This document shows, piece by piece, positions 1 to 8,635 of a DNA stretch of 43,305 nucleotides (positions are counted from its first letter, which is position 1; the number at the start of each line of letters is the position of its first letter). Under the pieces are notes generated by a model. The model worked only from the letters and a program-made list of their open reading frames with translations, did no database searches and was not told the DNA's origin. Source of the stretch: Chloroflexota bacterium (GTDB lineage Bacteria; Chloroflexota; UBA4733); assembly GCA_023489405.1 (NCBI GenBank), contig JAMDCW010000131.1, positions 1-43,305 of the forward strand, read 5' to 3'. Both the position numbers and the translations under genes were made by a program.

Positions 1-21
1 CGGCGGATTCGTATGACCTAG
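1..21. repeat. Left arm of a perfect 21-nt inverted repeat. It is the reverse complement of 561..581 inside serS and may extend off the left window edge.
   Basis: 1..21 cggcggattcgtatgacctag is the exact reverse complement of 561..581 ctaggtcatacgaatccgccg. Read on the + strand in frame (3..62) it gives AADSYDL, identical to the serS peptide AADSYDLEV, then diverges to VIALSALLCLSSL and stops at 60..62. Confidence 0.85.
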
Positions 22-291
22 TAATCGCTCTATCAGCCCTACTATGCTTATCTTCGCTATAGAGTGTAGGCACAGAAGATTAGAGGCGTATTTACACTAA
101 TACAATGCTAATAGGCGTCTCGGTTGGGGAAGAAAGTCTTTTTTGAATGGTTGAAAGCGCTCAATGGCGCTCTCTGTTGCCGGTACGAGGCGGGTATAAG
201 CTGCCAAGCGGAAGCAGCAACACGCTCGTGCTTTTATCCGACGGCGCTGTTACCACAACAGGAGCAACGCCGCGACAGACGAGCTGCTACC

Positions 292-1560
292 TCAGTATTC
301 CGGCCGGAGGACATCCGTTCCCATGTAGGGCTGCAAGGTAGCAGGTAATCGCACTGATCCGTCGGGCTGCTGGCCATTCTCAAGAATTGCGGCGATCGTA
401 CGATCAATAGGCAAACCGGAGCCATTGAGCGTATGGACGAACTCAGGTCGTTCTCCTTCTCCTCGCCGGAAACGGATATTCGCTCGACGCGCCTGGAAAT
501 CTTCGCAGTTGCTGATCGAAGCGATCTCTCGGAACTGCTGAGCGCCTGGCAGCCACACTTCTAGGTCATACGAATCCGCCGCGGCAAAGCTGAGGTCACC
601 TGTGCAGAGCCGGATCAGCCGATAGTGAAGCTCAAGAGCTTGTAGGAGCTGTTCGGCATGCTCCACCATGCGATCAAGCTCTCCATAAGAATCTTCAGGG
701 CGGGTGAAGGCATACATTTCAACCTTATGGAATTGATGGAGGCGGATGATACCCCGTGTATCCCGACCGGCTGCTCCGGCTTCACGGCGCCAGGAAGGAC
801 AGTATGCCGTATAGCGGAGCGGTAGTTGCCCGGCAGTGAGTATTTCTCCGCGATGAAGATTAGTGAGCGGAACCTCGGCAGTTGGATTAAGCCAGAGATC
901 ATCCTGATCGAGAAAATAGGAATCTTCGGCGAACTTAGGAAGCTGCCCTGACCCTTCCATGACAGCGCTCTTCATCACGAATGGCAACCCCATTTCGATG
1001 TATCCCTGATATTTGACGTGGAAATCAAGGAAGAAAGCAGTGAGGGCGCGCTGGAGACGGGCTCCTAACCCCCGGGCTACGTAGAAACGTGTTCCAGCAA
1101 TCTTCACACCGCGCTCAAAATCCAAGATGCCGAGCTTCGTTCCAATTTCCCAATGCGGCAGAGGTGGCATCGAAAACTCCGGAGGATACCCCCAGCGGCG
1201 GATTTCCACGTTGGCGGACTCATCCGCACCAACCGGCACGCTGGGATGAGGAAGATTCGGCAGACGGAGGAGCAAATCGTGAAACTCTCGCTCACGCTCC
1301 TGCAACTGTGTCTCGATATCCCGCAGCGATTCTGCAAGTGTGCGCATGAGCGTGCGTTGTTCCTCAGCCGGCCGTCCTGCTTTCTTGATTGATTCATTGA
1401 TCGCATTACGCTCTTGCCGTAAACGTTGACTTTCGTGGAGCAGCTCACGACGTTGACGATCAAGGGTAAGAACCTGCTCAAGCGGACCAGAATCGTGTCG
1501 TACCGAGAGCGCTTGTCGAACTCGTTCAGGGTGTTCGTGAATAAGCGATGCGGCAAGCAA
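292..1560 (-). CDS. serS: Seryl-tRNA synthetase (class II), about 422 aa
   Basis: The ORF 292..1797 translation shows SerS hallmarks: an N-terminal coiled-coil arm (LIHEHPERVRQAL...), FLDQDDLWLNPTAEVPL, RLHQFHKVEMY, and GSGLPIDRTIAAILEN. The first ~79 codons of the tracked ORF overlap lysS, so I place the start at TTG 1560..1558. That start is 1 nt after the lysS stop (1562..1564) and has GGAGG at 1567..1571 six nt upstream. Confidence 0.93.
   Translation of the reverse strand: MLAASLIHEHPERVRQALSVRHDSGPLEQVLTLDRQRRELLHESQRLRQERNAINESIKKAGRPAEEQRTLMRTLAESLRDIETQLQEREREFHDLLLRLPNLPHPSVPVGADESANVEIRRWGYPPEFSMPPLPHWEIGTKLGILDFERGVKIAGTRFYVARGLGARLQRALTAFFLDFHVKYQGYIEMGLPFVMKSAVMEGSGQLPKFAEDSYFLDQDDLWLNPTAEVPLTNLHRGEILTAGQLPLRYTAYCPSWRREAGAAGRDTRGIIRLHQFHKVEMYAFTRPEDSYGELDRMVEHAEQLLQALELHYRLIRLCTGDLSFAAADSYDLEVWLPGAQQFREIASISNCEDFQARRANIRFRRGEGERPEFVHTLNGSGLPIDRTIAAILENGQQPDGSVRLPATLQPYMGTDVLRPEY
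561..581. repeat. Right arm of the 21-nt inverted repeat (inside the serS coding sequence)
   Basis: Exact reverse complement of 1..21. Confidence 0.85.
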
Positions 1561-1561
1561 A

Positions 1562-3037
1562 CTAGGCCTCCTGATCTGTTTTGCGTAGGTGAGGGAACAA
1601 GATGACTTCGCGAATAGCATGTTGATTCGTGATGAGCATGACGAGCCGGTCGATACCAATGCCCAAGCCTCCGGTTGGTGGCATACCGTAACGCAATGCC
1701 GAAAGATAATCTTCATCAAGCTGGTGTGCTTCTTCGTCGCCAGCGGTTGCTGCTCGCTGTTGCTCCAAGAATCGCTTGCGCTGATCATCCGGATCATTCA
1801 GCTCAGTGAAGGCATTCGCGAACTCGAAACCGGCCGCGAATGCTTCGAATCGCTCGACAAGCAGCGGATCAGACCGGTGCCGTTTCGCCAGCGGGGAGAG
1901 CTCCCACGGATAGTCCACTAAGAAAGTAGGCTGAATGAGTGCCGGCTCGACATACAGCTTCACAAGCTCATCGATCATTTTGCCCCATGTTGTCTGCCCT
2001 TTTACCGAAAGCCCACGCTGCCGGCAAGCGGTGCTTAGAGAGTCGGCGTCACGATAAGCGGTGAAGTCAATCCCTGTGGCCTCTGCCAGAGCCTCTCGCA
2101 TGGAAACTCGCTGCCACGGAACGGCGAATGAAAGCGAATGCCTTTGATACTCGACATGCTCAGATCCAGTAACGTCACGCACTACTGTGCTCACTAGGTC
2201 TTCCGTTAGGCGCATGATGTCTGTGTAATCCGCGTAGGCTACATAGAGCTCCATCATCGTGAATTCTGGGTTATGGCGGTGAGAAACTCCTTCATTCCGA
2301 AAGTCGTGACCAATTTCATAGACCTTAGAAAATCCGCCGACAATCAGCCGTTTTAGGTAGAGTTCGTCGGAGATGCGCAGGTACAGATTTTGGTCAAGCT
2401 CATTGTGATAGGTCACAAACGGTTTTGCAGCAGCACCACCATAGAGCGGCTGCAAAATGGGCGTTTCAACCTCTAAGAACCCGTGCTGGTCCAAGTATGC
2501 CCGCATGATGGTTACGAGCTGGCTGCGTTGTCGAAATAGTTTTCTCGTGGAAGGGTTGGCCAGTAGATCGAGGTAACGCTGGCGCAAGCGCAGTTCAACA
2601 TCGCGCAATCCGTGATATTTTTCCGGCGGCGCTTCCAGCGCTTTTGCCAACATCGTCAGTTGGCGTACCGCGATAGAAGGTTCACCGGTGCGAGAGCGCA
2701 ACGTTTCACCGCTTGCTCCAACGATGTCTCCCGCATGGAGATCACGAAGCATTGTCCAACTCTCGTCACCTACGAGGTCTCTACGAAACATCAGTTGGAC
2801 CGTACCGCTATCATCGCCGAGGTGCGTAAAAGCGATCCGTCCGAGCTCCCGGATGGTGCCTATCCGCCCAGCGACGGTAACCGTTGAAGGTGTATCAGCG
2901 AGCGCGGCGGCACCTGCCGCATCGTGCGTAGGGGCAAAGTGATGTGGATAGGGGTCGATGCCGCGCGCTTTTAAGCGTTCAAGCGCCGCACGTCGCTGTT
3001 CGAGCTCCTGTGTCGTGCTGTTAACTTCTTCGGTCAC
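1562..3037 (-). CDS. lysS: Lysyl-tRNA synthetase, class II
   Basis: 491 aa with an N-terminal OB anticodon-binding region and class II motifs (FLEVETPILQ, HNPEFTMMELYVAYADY, GGLGIGIDRLVMLIT). GTG start at 3037..3035 overlaps the birA stop by 17 nt. Confidence 0.95.
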   Translation of the reverse strand: MTEEVNSTTQELEQRRAALERLKARGIDPYPHHFAPTHDAAGAAALADTPSTVTVAGRIGTIRELGRIAFTHLGDDSGTVQLMFRRDLVGDESWTMLRDLHAGDIVGASGETLRSRTGEPSIAVRQLTMLAKALEAPPEKYHGLRDVELRLRQRYLDLLANPSTRKLFRQRSQLVTIMRAYLDQHGFLEVETPILQPLYGGAAAKPFVTYHNELDQNLYLRISDELYLKRLIVGGFSKVYEIGHDFRNEGVSHRHNPEFTMMELYVAYADYTDIMRLTEDLVSTVVRDVTGSEHVEYQRHSLSFAVPWQRVSMREALAEATGIDFTAYRDADSLSTACRQRGLSVKGQTTWGKMIDELVKLYVEPALIQPTFLVDYPWELSPLAKRHRSDPLLVERFEAFAAGFEFANAFTELNDPDDQRKRFLEQQRAATAGDEEAHQLDEDYLSALRYGMPPTGGLGIGIDRLVMLITNQHAIREVILFPHLRKTDQEA

Positions 3038-3851
3038 TCAGCCGCCTGCTCCTCTCTCGCAACTCCTTCGGATCCAAGCGCTCGCCTCGATGGGTGACTG
3101 TCACCGCAGCGCCCGGTTGCAGGCGAATAGTACCGCCGGTATCTAGTCGCACAATGAGCGCACCTCTGCTGTCAACGGCCGTGGCTACTCCTTCTACCAA
3201 GCGTCCATCGAATGTCAGCTCTATACGGCGGCCAACGGAATCTAGCGAGAGGCGCCAAGCCTCTCGAATGACATCTACTCTACCTCGATAGAGGAGGTTT
3301 ACCAGATGGAAAAGCTCTGTCAGCCAGCTCTCCCACAACGCACCGCGATCGGGGCGGTGAGAGCTCCAATAAGCCACTGCTGTTGCAGGGGTGCGCACAT
3401 CATCCGGCGCTCGAGTAACATTGAGACCCAGGCCGATGATCGCAAAAGGATGTCCAGACGGTTGTTCTGTTAACACGCCAGCTACCTTTGTCTGATCAAG
3501 CAAGACATCATTAGGCCACTTTAAGCGTGGGGGAAGTTCAACGACCGGTCTCAAAGCCTGGACACAGGCGATGGCAGCAGCGGCAGTAAGCCACGGAGCA
3601 TAGCCGGCCCGAGGAGGAACCGCGACGATAACAGATGTTGCGATTCCTGCTGTCGCTTGGTCTATCCACATCCGTCCATGTGTACCACGCGCCTGAGATT
3701 GCTTATCGGCGACAACGACGGTGAAAGGTTTGCATCCTGCTTGAAGCAGGTCGCGCGCAACGTCTTGCGTAGATGCGCACTCGGTCATGAATACGCAAGA
3801 GGTGATGCCAACGCGCTGTAAGGCGTCGATGTGGGAAGCAAAATCGTCCAC
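3021..3851 (-). CDS. birA: Biotin-[acetyl-CoA-carboxylase] ligase, group I (no N-terminal HTH repressor domain)
   Basis: 276 aa. Contains a GRGRxGRxW-like loop (QARGTHGRMW), the KWPNDV signature and a C-terminal SH3-like tail. GTG start at 3851..3849; there is no room for a winged-helix domain. Confidence 0.85.
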   Translation of the reverse strand: MDDFASHIDALQRVGITSCVFMTECASTQDVARDLLQAGCKPFTVVVADKQSQARGTHGRMWIDQATAGIATSVIVAVPPRAGYAPWLTAAAAIACVQALRPVVELPPRLKWPNDVLLDQTKVAGVLTEQPSGHPFAIIGLGLNVTRAPDDVRTPATAVAYWSSHRPDRGALWESWLTELFHLVNLLYRGRVDVIREAWRLSLDSVGRRIELTFDGRLVEGVATAVDSRGALIVRLDTGGTIRLQPGAAVTVTHRGERLDPKELRERSRRLSDRRS

Positions 3852-3869
3852 TGCAGCCCCATAACGAAT

Positions 3870-3905
3870 GAGAGGGGAACGGAGTTTAGCGCTCCGCTCC
3901 CCTCT
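3870..3905 (-). terminator. Strong imperfect hairpin between the PBP gene and birA (possible terminator or attenuator)
   Basis: gagaggggaacggag / loop tttagcg / ctccgctcccctc pairs at 12 of 13 positions. On the minus-strand RNA it is followed by a U-containing stretch (ucauucguuau). It lies about 200 nt downstream of the PBP stop and 19 nt upstream of the birA start. Confidence 0.45.
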
Positions 3906-4107
3906 ACCAAGGTTGCTCTGGGCAGCGCCCTACGCGTTGACCACCTCCATAAGCTGCAACTTCGTGGGGAAACTGCCCTCGCAACAAGAACTACCCACTA
4001 CACACCACCTCCTTTCTTCCGTATTCATCCTAGCACACAGGGGTCGATTTGAAGAAATGAGGAGACCTAAAGAGGTCAATGGATCATGCGGTTATTTCTG
4101 GCGCAGA

Positions 4108-6429
4108 CTATTTCGGAATATAGGTATCAGTACCGATTGTCGAAGGCACGCGCGGCCAATTGGCTGGGCAGAGGTATTCCGTCGTGATGCATTCCCGATG
4201 GTTCCCAGGAGGAACGAGAGACTCCCAGTTGATATTGAAGTACGCTTCATACACACGTCGACACATTGGACCAGCGACATCTGCCCCCTCGCCAGCGTGC
4301 TCTGCCATAGCAATGACCGCAATCTCCGGATTATCTGAAGGAGCGAAGCTAGCAAACCAGGCGTGCGGTATTTTTTGTCCACTCTGAGCCGTACCTGTTT
4401 TCCCAGAAACGGGAATAGGAAAGTCGCGAAAAGCCCATGAACCGGTCCCCAGCCAGTTAGTCGTTTCCGCCACTGTCTGTCGCATTGCTGCTCGGATAAA
4501 CGCCAAGTCACTCTTGCTGACCGGCAATTGAGCTACAGCTTTCACTGGTGCTGGCTGGCTAACCTGGCCAGCGGGAGAGACTACTCTATCGATGATGCGT
4601 GGCACGTACATAGTGCCACCATTCGCGATGGCACTAATCCAAGTGGTCATCTGCAGCGGTGTAACGAGCAATGACCCTTGACCGATGGCCATGTTTACCG
4701 GATCACCCGGATACCACGGCTCCTTCAATACTTTCGCCTTCCATTGTGGTGTCGGCAGCAAACCAGCGGCCTCTGGCACTCCTATGATGCCGGTAGGTCG
4801 ACCTACGCCGAACTGTTGAATGAGTGAAGGGAAATAACTATGTCCTCTCTGTAGATCGAGCTCATGCCCAACGTTGTAAAAGACGATGTCACATGACTGA
4901 GCAAGCCCTTCGTAGAGACCGATGATCCCGTGGCCAGTGACTTTCCAACAGTGCATTGGCATCCCTAGACCATTCCAGACACCTTTGCAGTCAAAGAGGG
5001 AACGCGGCGTATACACTCCGCTCGCTAATGCCGCTGAGATGCTAACGGTTTTGAATGTTGAGCCTGGCGGATATACGCCGAGTGCAGGGCGATTGAGCAG
5101 TGGTTGGTTGGGATTCTTGAAGAGGTTGTCTGCCTGGGATTGGCTAAGGCCCAAGATGAAGGTATTGGGGTCAAAAGAAGGTGAGCTCGCAAGAGCTAAA
5201 ATCGAGCCATCTTTGACGCGCATCACGATGATACTGCCATTGTAATTCCCCAGGGCCTCCTGGGCGGCTTTCTGCAGTCCGGCATCGAGTGTGAGAACAA
5301 TTGTGCTGCCTTTCATGGGAGTACGCTCGGCAATCGTCGTTACGACATCACCTTGTGGGGTAATCACAGCCAGCTTGCCACCGCGCCGGCCGGCGAGGAT
5401 AGCTTCACCCCACCGCTCGAGTCCACTCTTCCCTATCCAATCACCGCTGAGATAGCCTTGTTTCCACAGGGTATTCAGCTCTTGGGCGCTGATCTCACCG
5501 AGATAACCAATGGTGTGGGCTGCAGAGGCGTCCTGTGGGTAGCCCCGCAGTTGCACATCTGATAGGTCAATTCCTTCGGTACTACCAAATGCTTCTTTGA
5601 CTTTAGTCACTAGGGCAGGGGGTACGATCTGGATGGGTTGTAGCCATGTGGGATGTTGATTCGCCTTGTTGTAGAGTTGCTGAAGCTTATCACGGGGATA
5701 GTTCAGAATCTTACTGATAGCATCGAGCAATTGAGAGGGATTTTTCATGAGTTGAGGGACGAGGCCTATACTTGTGTAGGCAATTTCAGTAGCGAACTTT
5801 TGTCCCTTAGCATCAATAATGTCCCCTCGTGGCTGCGATAAAGGGAACATATGGATGAGGTTGTCTCCTATTAGGTCTTTAAAAATCACTGATGGCAACC
5901 ATTGAACGCGCCAATCTGATCCTTGTTGTATGAGAGAGAGGGTATTATCCTCTTCATAGGTACCTATGAGAGCTGTAGTCATTGTTACATGGAATTGCTG
6001 GTTAGGTTCTTGTGTATTTTTGCTCTGATGAAGCTTTGCTACCAGGCTAATTATACCTACCTCATCCCAAATAGCGTTATAACGCTGGACAAAGGTCTCT
6101 TTCGTGATACCCTTCTGCGCTTCAGCGCTGATCAGCGGATACATTGCATCGAATTTCTGGGATTGCCATAGCGTGAGAAATTCTTGTGCCACCTCCTGGG
6201 GAGTGTTATGGGCTACTGGTGTTGGAGTCGGTACCGGTGTAGTAGATGGAATACTTGTAAGTCGAGCCGTAGTAGTAGATGACAATTGCGTTTCTAATGA
6301 TGAAGTCGTCTGAGAGCTGGGAGTATTCACATGAGATCCAGGCGCTCCAGCGCAAGCTGCTAATGGGGCTGACAGGGTAGCGATAGAGGAAGCTGCTCGC
6401 AAAAACCGTCGCCGGGTAATTGATGACAT
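4108..6429 (-). CDS. Class B penicillin-binding protein (transpeptidase) with an NTF2-like (MecA_N-type) N-terminal domain and a Tat-like/lipobox signal
   Basis: Active-site motifs are STFK (PGSTFKTVS) and KTG (SGKTGTA). The dimerisation and transpeptidase layout is typical of class B PBPs, and an NTF2-like segment reads EVAQEFLTLWQSQKFDAMYPLISAEAQKGITKETFVQRYN. The N-terminus MSSITRRRFLRAASSIATLSAPLAACAG has a twin-arginine plus an LAAC lipobox. I start the gene at ATG 6429..6427 (M8 of the tracked ORF). Confidence 0.9.
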   Translation of the reverse strand: MSSITRRRFLRAASSIATLSAPLAACAGAPGSHVNTPSSQTTSSLETQLSSTTTARLTSIPSTTPVPTPTPVAHNTPQEVAQEFLTLWQSQKFDAMYPLISAEAQKGITKETFVQRYNAIWDEVGIISLVAKLHQSKNTQEPNQQFHVTMTTALIGTYEEDNTLSLIQQGSDWRVQWLPSVIFKDLIGDNLIHMFPLSQPRGDIIDAKGQKFATEIAYTSIGLVPQLMKNPSQLLDAISKILNYPRDKLQQLYNKANQHPTWLQPIQIVPPALVTKVKEAFGSTEGIDLSDVQLRGYPQDASAAHTIGYLGEISAQELNTLWKQGYLSGDWIGKSGLERWGEAILAGRRGGKLAVITPQGDVVTTIAERTPMKGSTIVLTLDAGLQKAAQEALGNYNGSIIVMRVKDGSILALASSPSFDPNTFILGLSQSQADNLFKNPNQPLLNRPALGVYPPGSTFKTVSISAALASGVYTPRSLFDCKGVWNGLGMPMHCWKVTGHGIIGLYEGLAQSCDIVFYNVGHELDLQRGHSYFPSLIQQFGVGRPTGIIGVPEAAGLLPTPQWKAKVLKEPWYPGDPVNMAIGQGSLLVTPLQMTTWISAIANGGTMYVPRIIDRVVSPAGQVSQPAPVKAVAQLPVSKSDLAFIRAAMRQTVAETTNWLGTGSWAFRDFPIPVSGKTGTAQSGQKIPHAWFASFAPSDNPEIAVIAMAEHAGEGADVAGPMCRRVYEAYFNINWESLVPPGNHRECITTEYLCPANWPRVPSTIGTDTYIPK

Positions 6430-6652
6430 CGTAACCCCCACTCTGATCATCGGAACTCATTCTCGTGCTGCGAACCTGAGGATCTTTGTGCGGCCAGTGT
6501 ACCGGAGTCTCACCTTACGGCCGACAAGCATCCGGAGCTCTCCTCATAGCAGTGGCCAAAATGCCTTCCGGATATTCCAGCGATATTGTTAAGGACTGTT
6601 TAGTTAGCACTTCTCCGGACCGCAGCAGCCCCCTAATCTAGGATCTGACCTC

Positions 6653-7435
6653 TTACCTTCTCCGAATGGCATACCTATACCGAGCTAACGTTCTTGACTC
6701 CCAGCCGACCACGATGATGGTAGACACAGCAGCCGCGATCAAGCCAGTACTGCGCGGATCGTAGTACGAGCCGTTGACCGGGAACAGTTGCCAGGTAACG
6801 TTGATCATCATATGGAAGAGCACCATGGCAAAGACACTCTTGCCAGTGTTGTTGTAGAGCCACACCATTACCAGCCGCAATGCCACGGTGCCAAGGGTCC
6901 ACCAGGCGATCCAGGACACTGAACGGTGAGCCTGCGCCAACGGTATGTAGTGATAGAGAGCCCAAATCAGCCCCAGTACGATGCTGGCCTGTAACGCTCC
7001 CCACCTTTCCTGCATCGGATCGATGGCGTAGCCGGACCAGCCTAGTTCTTCGCCCAGCGCGCCGATGAAGAACACGGCGCACAGGATTAGCGCCGACAAA
7101 ACTCCGATCTGCGGGGTTGGTACGTGCGTTCCGGACAGGCGTAGCACACCAAATGACAGCGCCATTACCACGGGCATGATCAGCAAGGTGGGCACGTACC
7201 AGATCTTCGCTTTGATCCGCTTAAAGTCAAATGATCGCTTCAGCAGGGTAGCCAGGCCTGCGTTCTTATTCTCCCGGTACACAAGAATCATGGCCGCTAG
7301 CATCGGGCAAACGGCCGCCAGTGCAGCCACTGGCAAGCCAGGTAGCGGCTCCAACCCGGTCACGGCGCCGGTTAGCCAGAACGGAATAGCAAAGGCGAAA
7401 GCCAATAAAAAGAACGTTAGAGGCGACTTTTTCAT
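6653..7435 (-). CDS. CPBP-family intramembrane glutamic endopeptidase (CAAX protease / Abi-like)
   Basis: Polytopic membrane protein with the EExxxR-type motif (GEELGWSGYA) and downstream His motifs (ALYHYIP, VLFHMMINV). The start is probably M36 of the tracked ORF (MKKSPLTFF..., 7435); the 7540 start is possible. Confidence 0.75.
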   Translation of the reverse strand: MKKSPLTFFLLAFAFAIPFWLTGAVTGLEPLPGLPVAALAAVCPMLAAMILVYRENKNAGLATLLKRSFDFKRIKAKIWYVPTLLIMPVVMALSFGVLRLSGTHVPTPQIGVLSALILCAVFFIGALGEELGWSGYAIDPMQERWGALQASIVLGLIWALYHYIPLAQAHRSVSWIAWWTLGTVALRLVMVWLYNNTGKSVFAMVLFHMMINVTWQLFPVNGSYYDPRSTGLIAAAVSTIIVVGWESRTLARYRYAIRRR

Positions 7436-7637
7436 AACAAGCAGCGCTGGGATCGCGCCGAGAACGGCTCGCCCGGCATGGAAGGGAGAGCGCAGGTAAT
7501 CTGAGCCGTCACGTCGGGTTGCCATAAGAAGCCGTGCCACTCGAGCGGCCGCGGAGTGTCACAAAGTTCAAAATTGTAGAGATTACGATACATGACAAAG
7601 TGATGATAAAGCCACCCTGCCCACTGGAGAATGCTGG

Positions 7638-8447
7638 CTACCACTGAACCGTCAGTTGGTCCACAGTGACCGTCTCCTTACGTGCTCGCGCATCCATGTA
7701 GAGGAGAACAACGATCGTGATATTGTAGGTGGTCACCAATGCGGTAATAATCCACTGGATCAGGAAACCCAAAATTACTCCTCGAAAGACGAACCCAAGA
7801 ATAGCGCTGACTAACGCTGATGCGATAGATCCTGCGAGCAAAGTGAGGAGGACGGTGCCAAAGATCGGCCACCACCGACCCCGGACTAAGTAACTGCTGC
7901 GCTGCAGAGCCGCCGAACCACTGAGGCCCTCGATCATCACCACCGGACCTAAGAACAGCCACCGAATTGCCAGGTAGATTCCCAAAGGGATCAAGATGAT
8001 CGTAACAAAGCAGAGGGCGATGAGGAAGCCGGCCAGCAAACCGGTCAACGTCAATGGAGCGAGACGCGCCCCCGCAGCGCTATATGCGCGCCCGATATCG
8101 ATGGGGCGGTTGATGAGGTCCTCTGCCACTCCAACGGTCACAGCGCCTTCCATGAAAAATGTCAAGACCACGATGAGGAAAAGGCCGAGAGCATCGACGA
8201 ACAGAGTACGAACAAGGTTGTTACTCGCTATTCCATTCCTCGCCATCATTATGCTGACGAGCGATATGAGAAGTTGGATCCCGAGCACAATTCCAAGCAG
8301 ATTCCAGAAATACTTGCGATAAAGCTCTAGGGTCCGGGTCAAAAGTTGGGTCAGATTTAGGGGACAAAGCGTAGCCGGACTATCCTGCGAAAGCACGTTA
8401 CTACTCCTTAAACAAGCCTTATTAAGAGAACTATGCAGCATAATCAT
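7638..8447 (-). CDS. Hypothetical polytopic membrane protein (about 6 TM, YciC/UPF0259-like architecture)
   Basis: 269-aa ORF with several long hydrophobic segments and no catalytic motif that I recognise. Confidence 0.5.
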   Translation of the reverse strand: MIMLHSSLNKACLRSSNVLSQDSPATLCPLNLTQLLTRTLELYRKYFWNLLGIVLGIQLLISLVSIMMARNGIASNNLVRTLFVDALGLFLIVVLTFFMEGAVTVGVAEDLINRPIDIGRAYSAAGARLAPLTLTGLLAGFLIALCFVTIILIPLGIYLAIRWLFLGPVVMIEGLSGSAALQRSSYLVRGRWWPIFGTVLLTLLAGSIASALVSAILGFVFRGVILGFLIQWIITALVTTYNITIVVLLYMDARARKETVTVDQLTVQW

Positions 8448-8580
8448 AAATCTGTACAGGTCTATACACCAATTTGACTAGGAAAAACAGTGACTAATTC
8501 TCAATTTAGTAGAGACATCCGCAATTCTTGTGGATACTAACCTGCAAACCATTACAAGAAAGTGTCGAGTGCTGGACTTC

Positions 8581-8613
8581 GGGCTTTCACCACTGCGATG
8601 GTGGTGAAAGCCC
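8581..8613 (-). terminator. Perfect 13-bp hairpin 23 nt downstream of the SBP gene stop
   Basis: gggctttcaccac / loop tgcgatg / gtggtgaaagccc. There is no clear U-tract, so it may be a terminator or an RNA-stability hairpin. Confidence 0.5.
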
Positions 8614-8635
8614 GTCGACCGTGATGCTCCAGCGC

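Noticed and set aside
176-235. GGAAGCAGCA-containing hairpin (gctgccaagcggaagcagcaac) reminiscent of the SRP RNA domain IV motif
   Set aside because: Only the short GGAAGCAGC string matches. The flanks fold as a simple 5-bp hairpin with a 9-nt loop, and the symmetric and asymmetric loop helices of SRP RNA are absent.
124-425. Small ORFs 124..348(+), 147..341(+) and 234..425(-) downstream of serS
   Set aside because: They overlap each other and the serS 3' end, have no motifs, and their composition looks non-coding. They are likely spurious.
1561-1797. N-terminal 79-codon extension of the tracked serS ORF (292..1797)
   Set aside because: It lies entirely inside the lysS coding region in another frame. 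SerS homology starts at LLAASLIHEHPERV, where a TTG with a good SD is available.
3868-4338. 156-aa plus-strand ORF covering the birA-PBP intergenic gap
   Set aside because: More than half of it overlaps the PBP C-terminus antisense. Its sequence is junk-like and it has no SD. The gap is better explained by the hairpin at 3870..3905.
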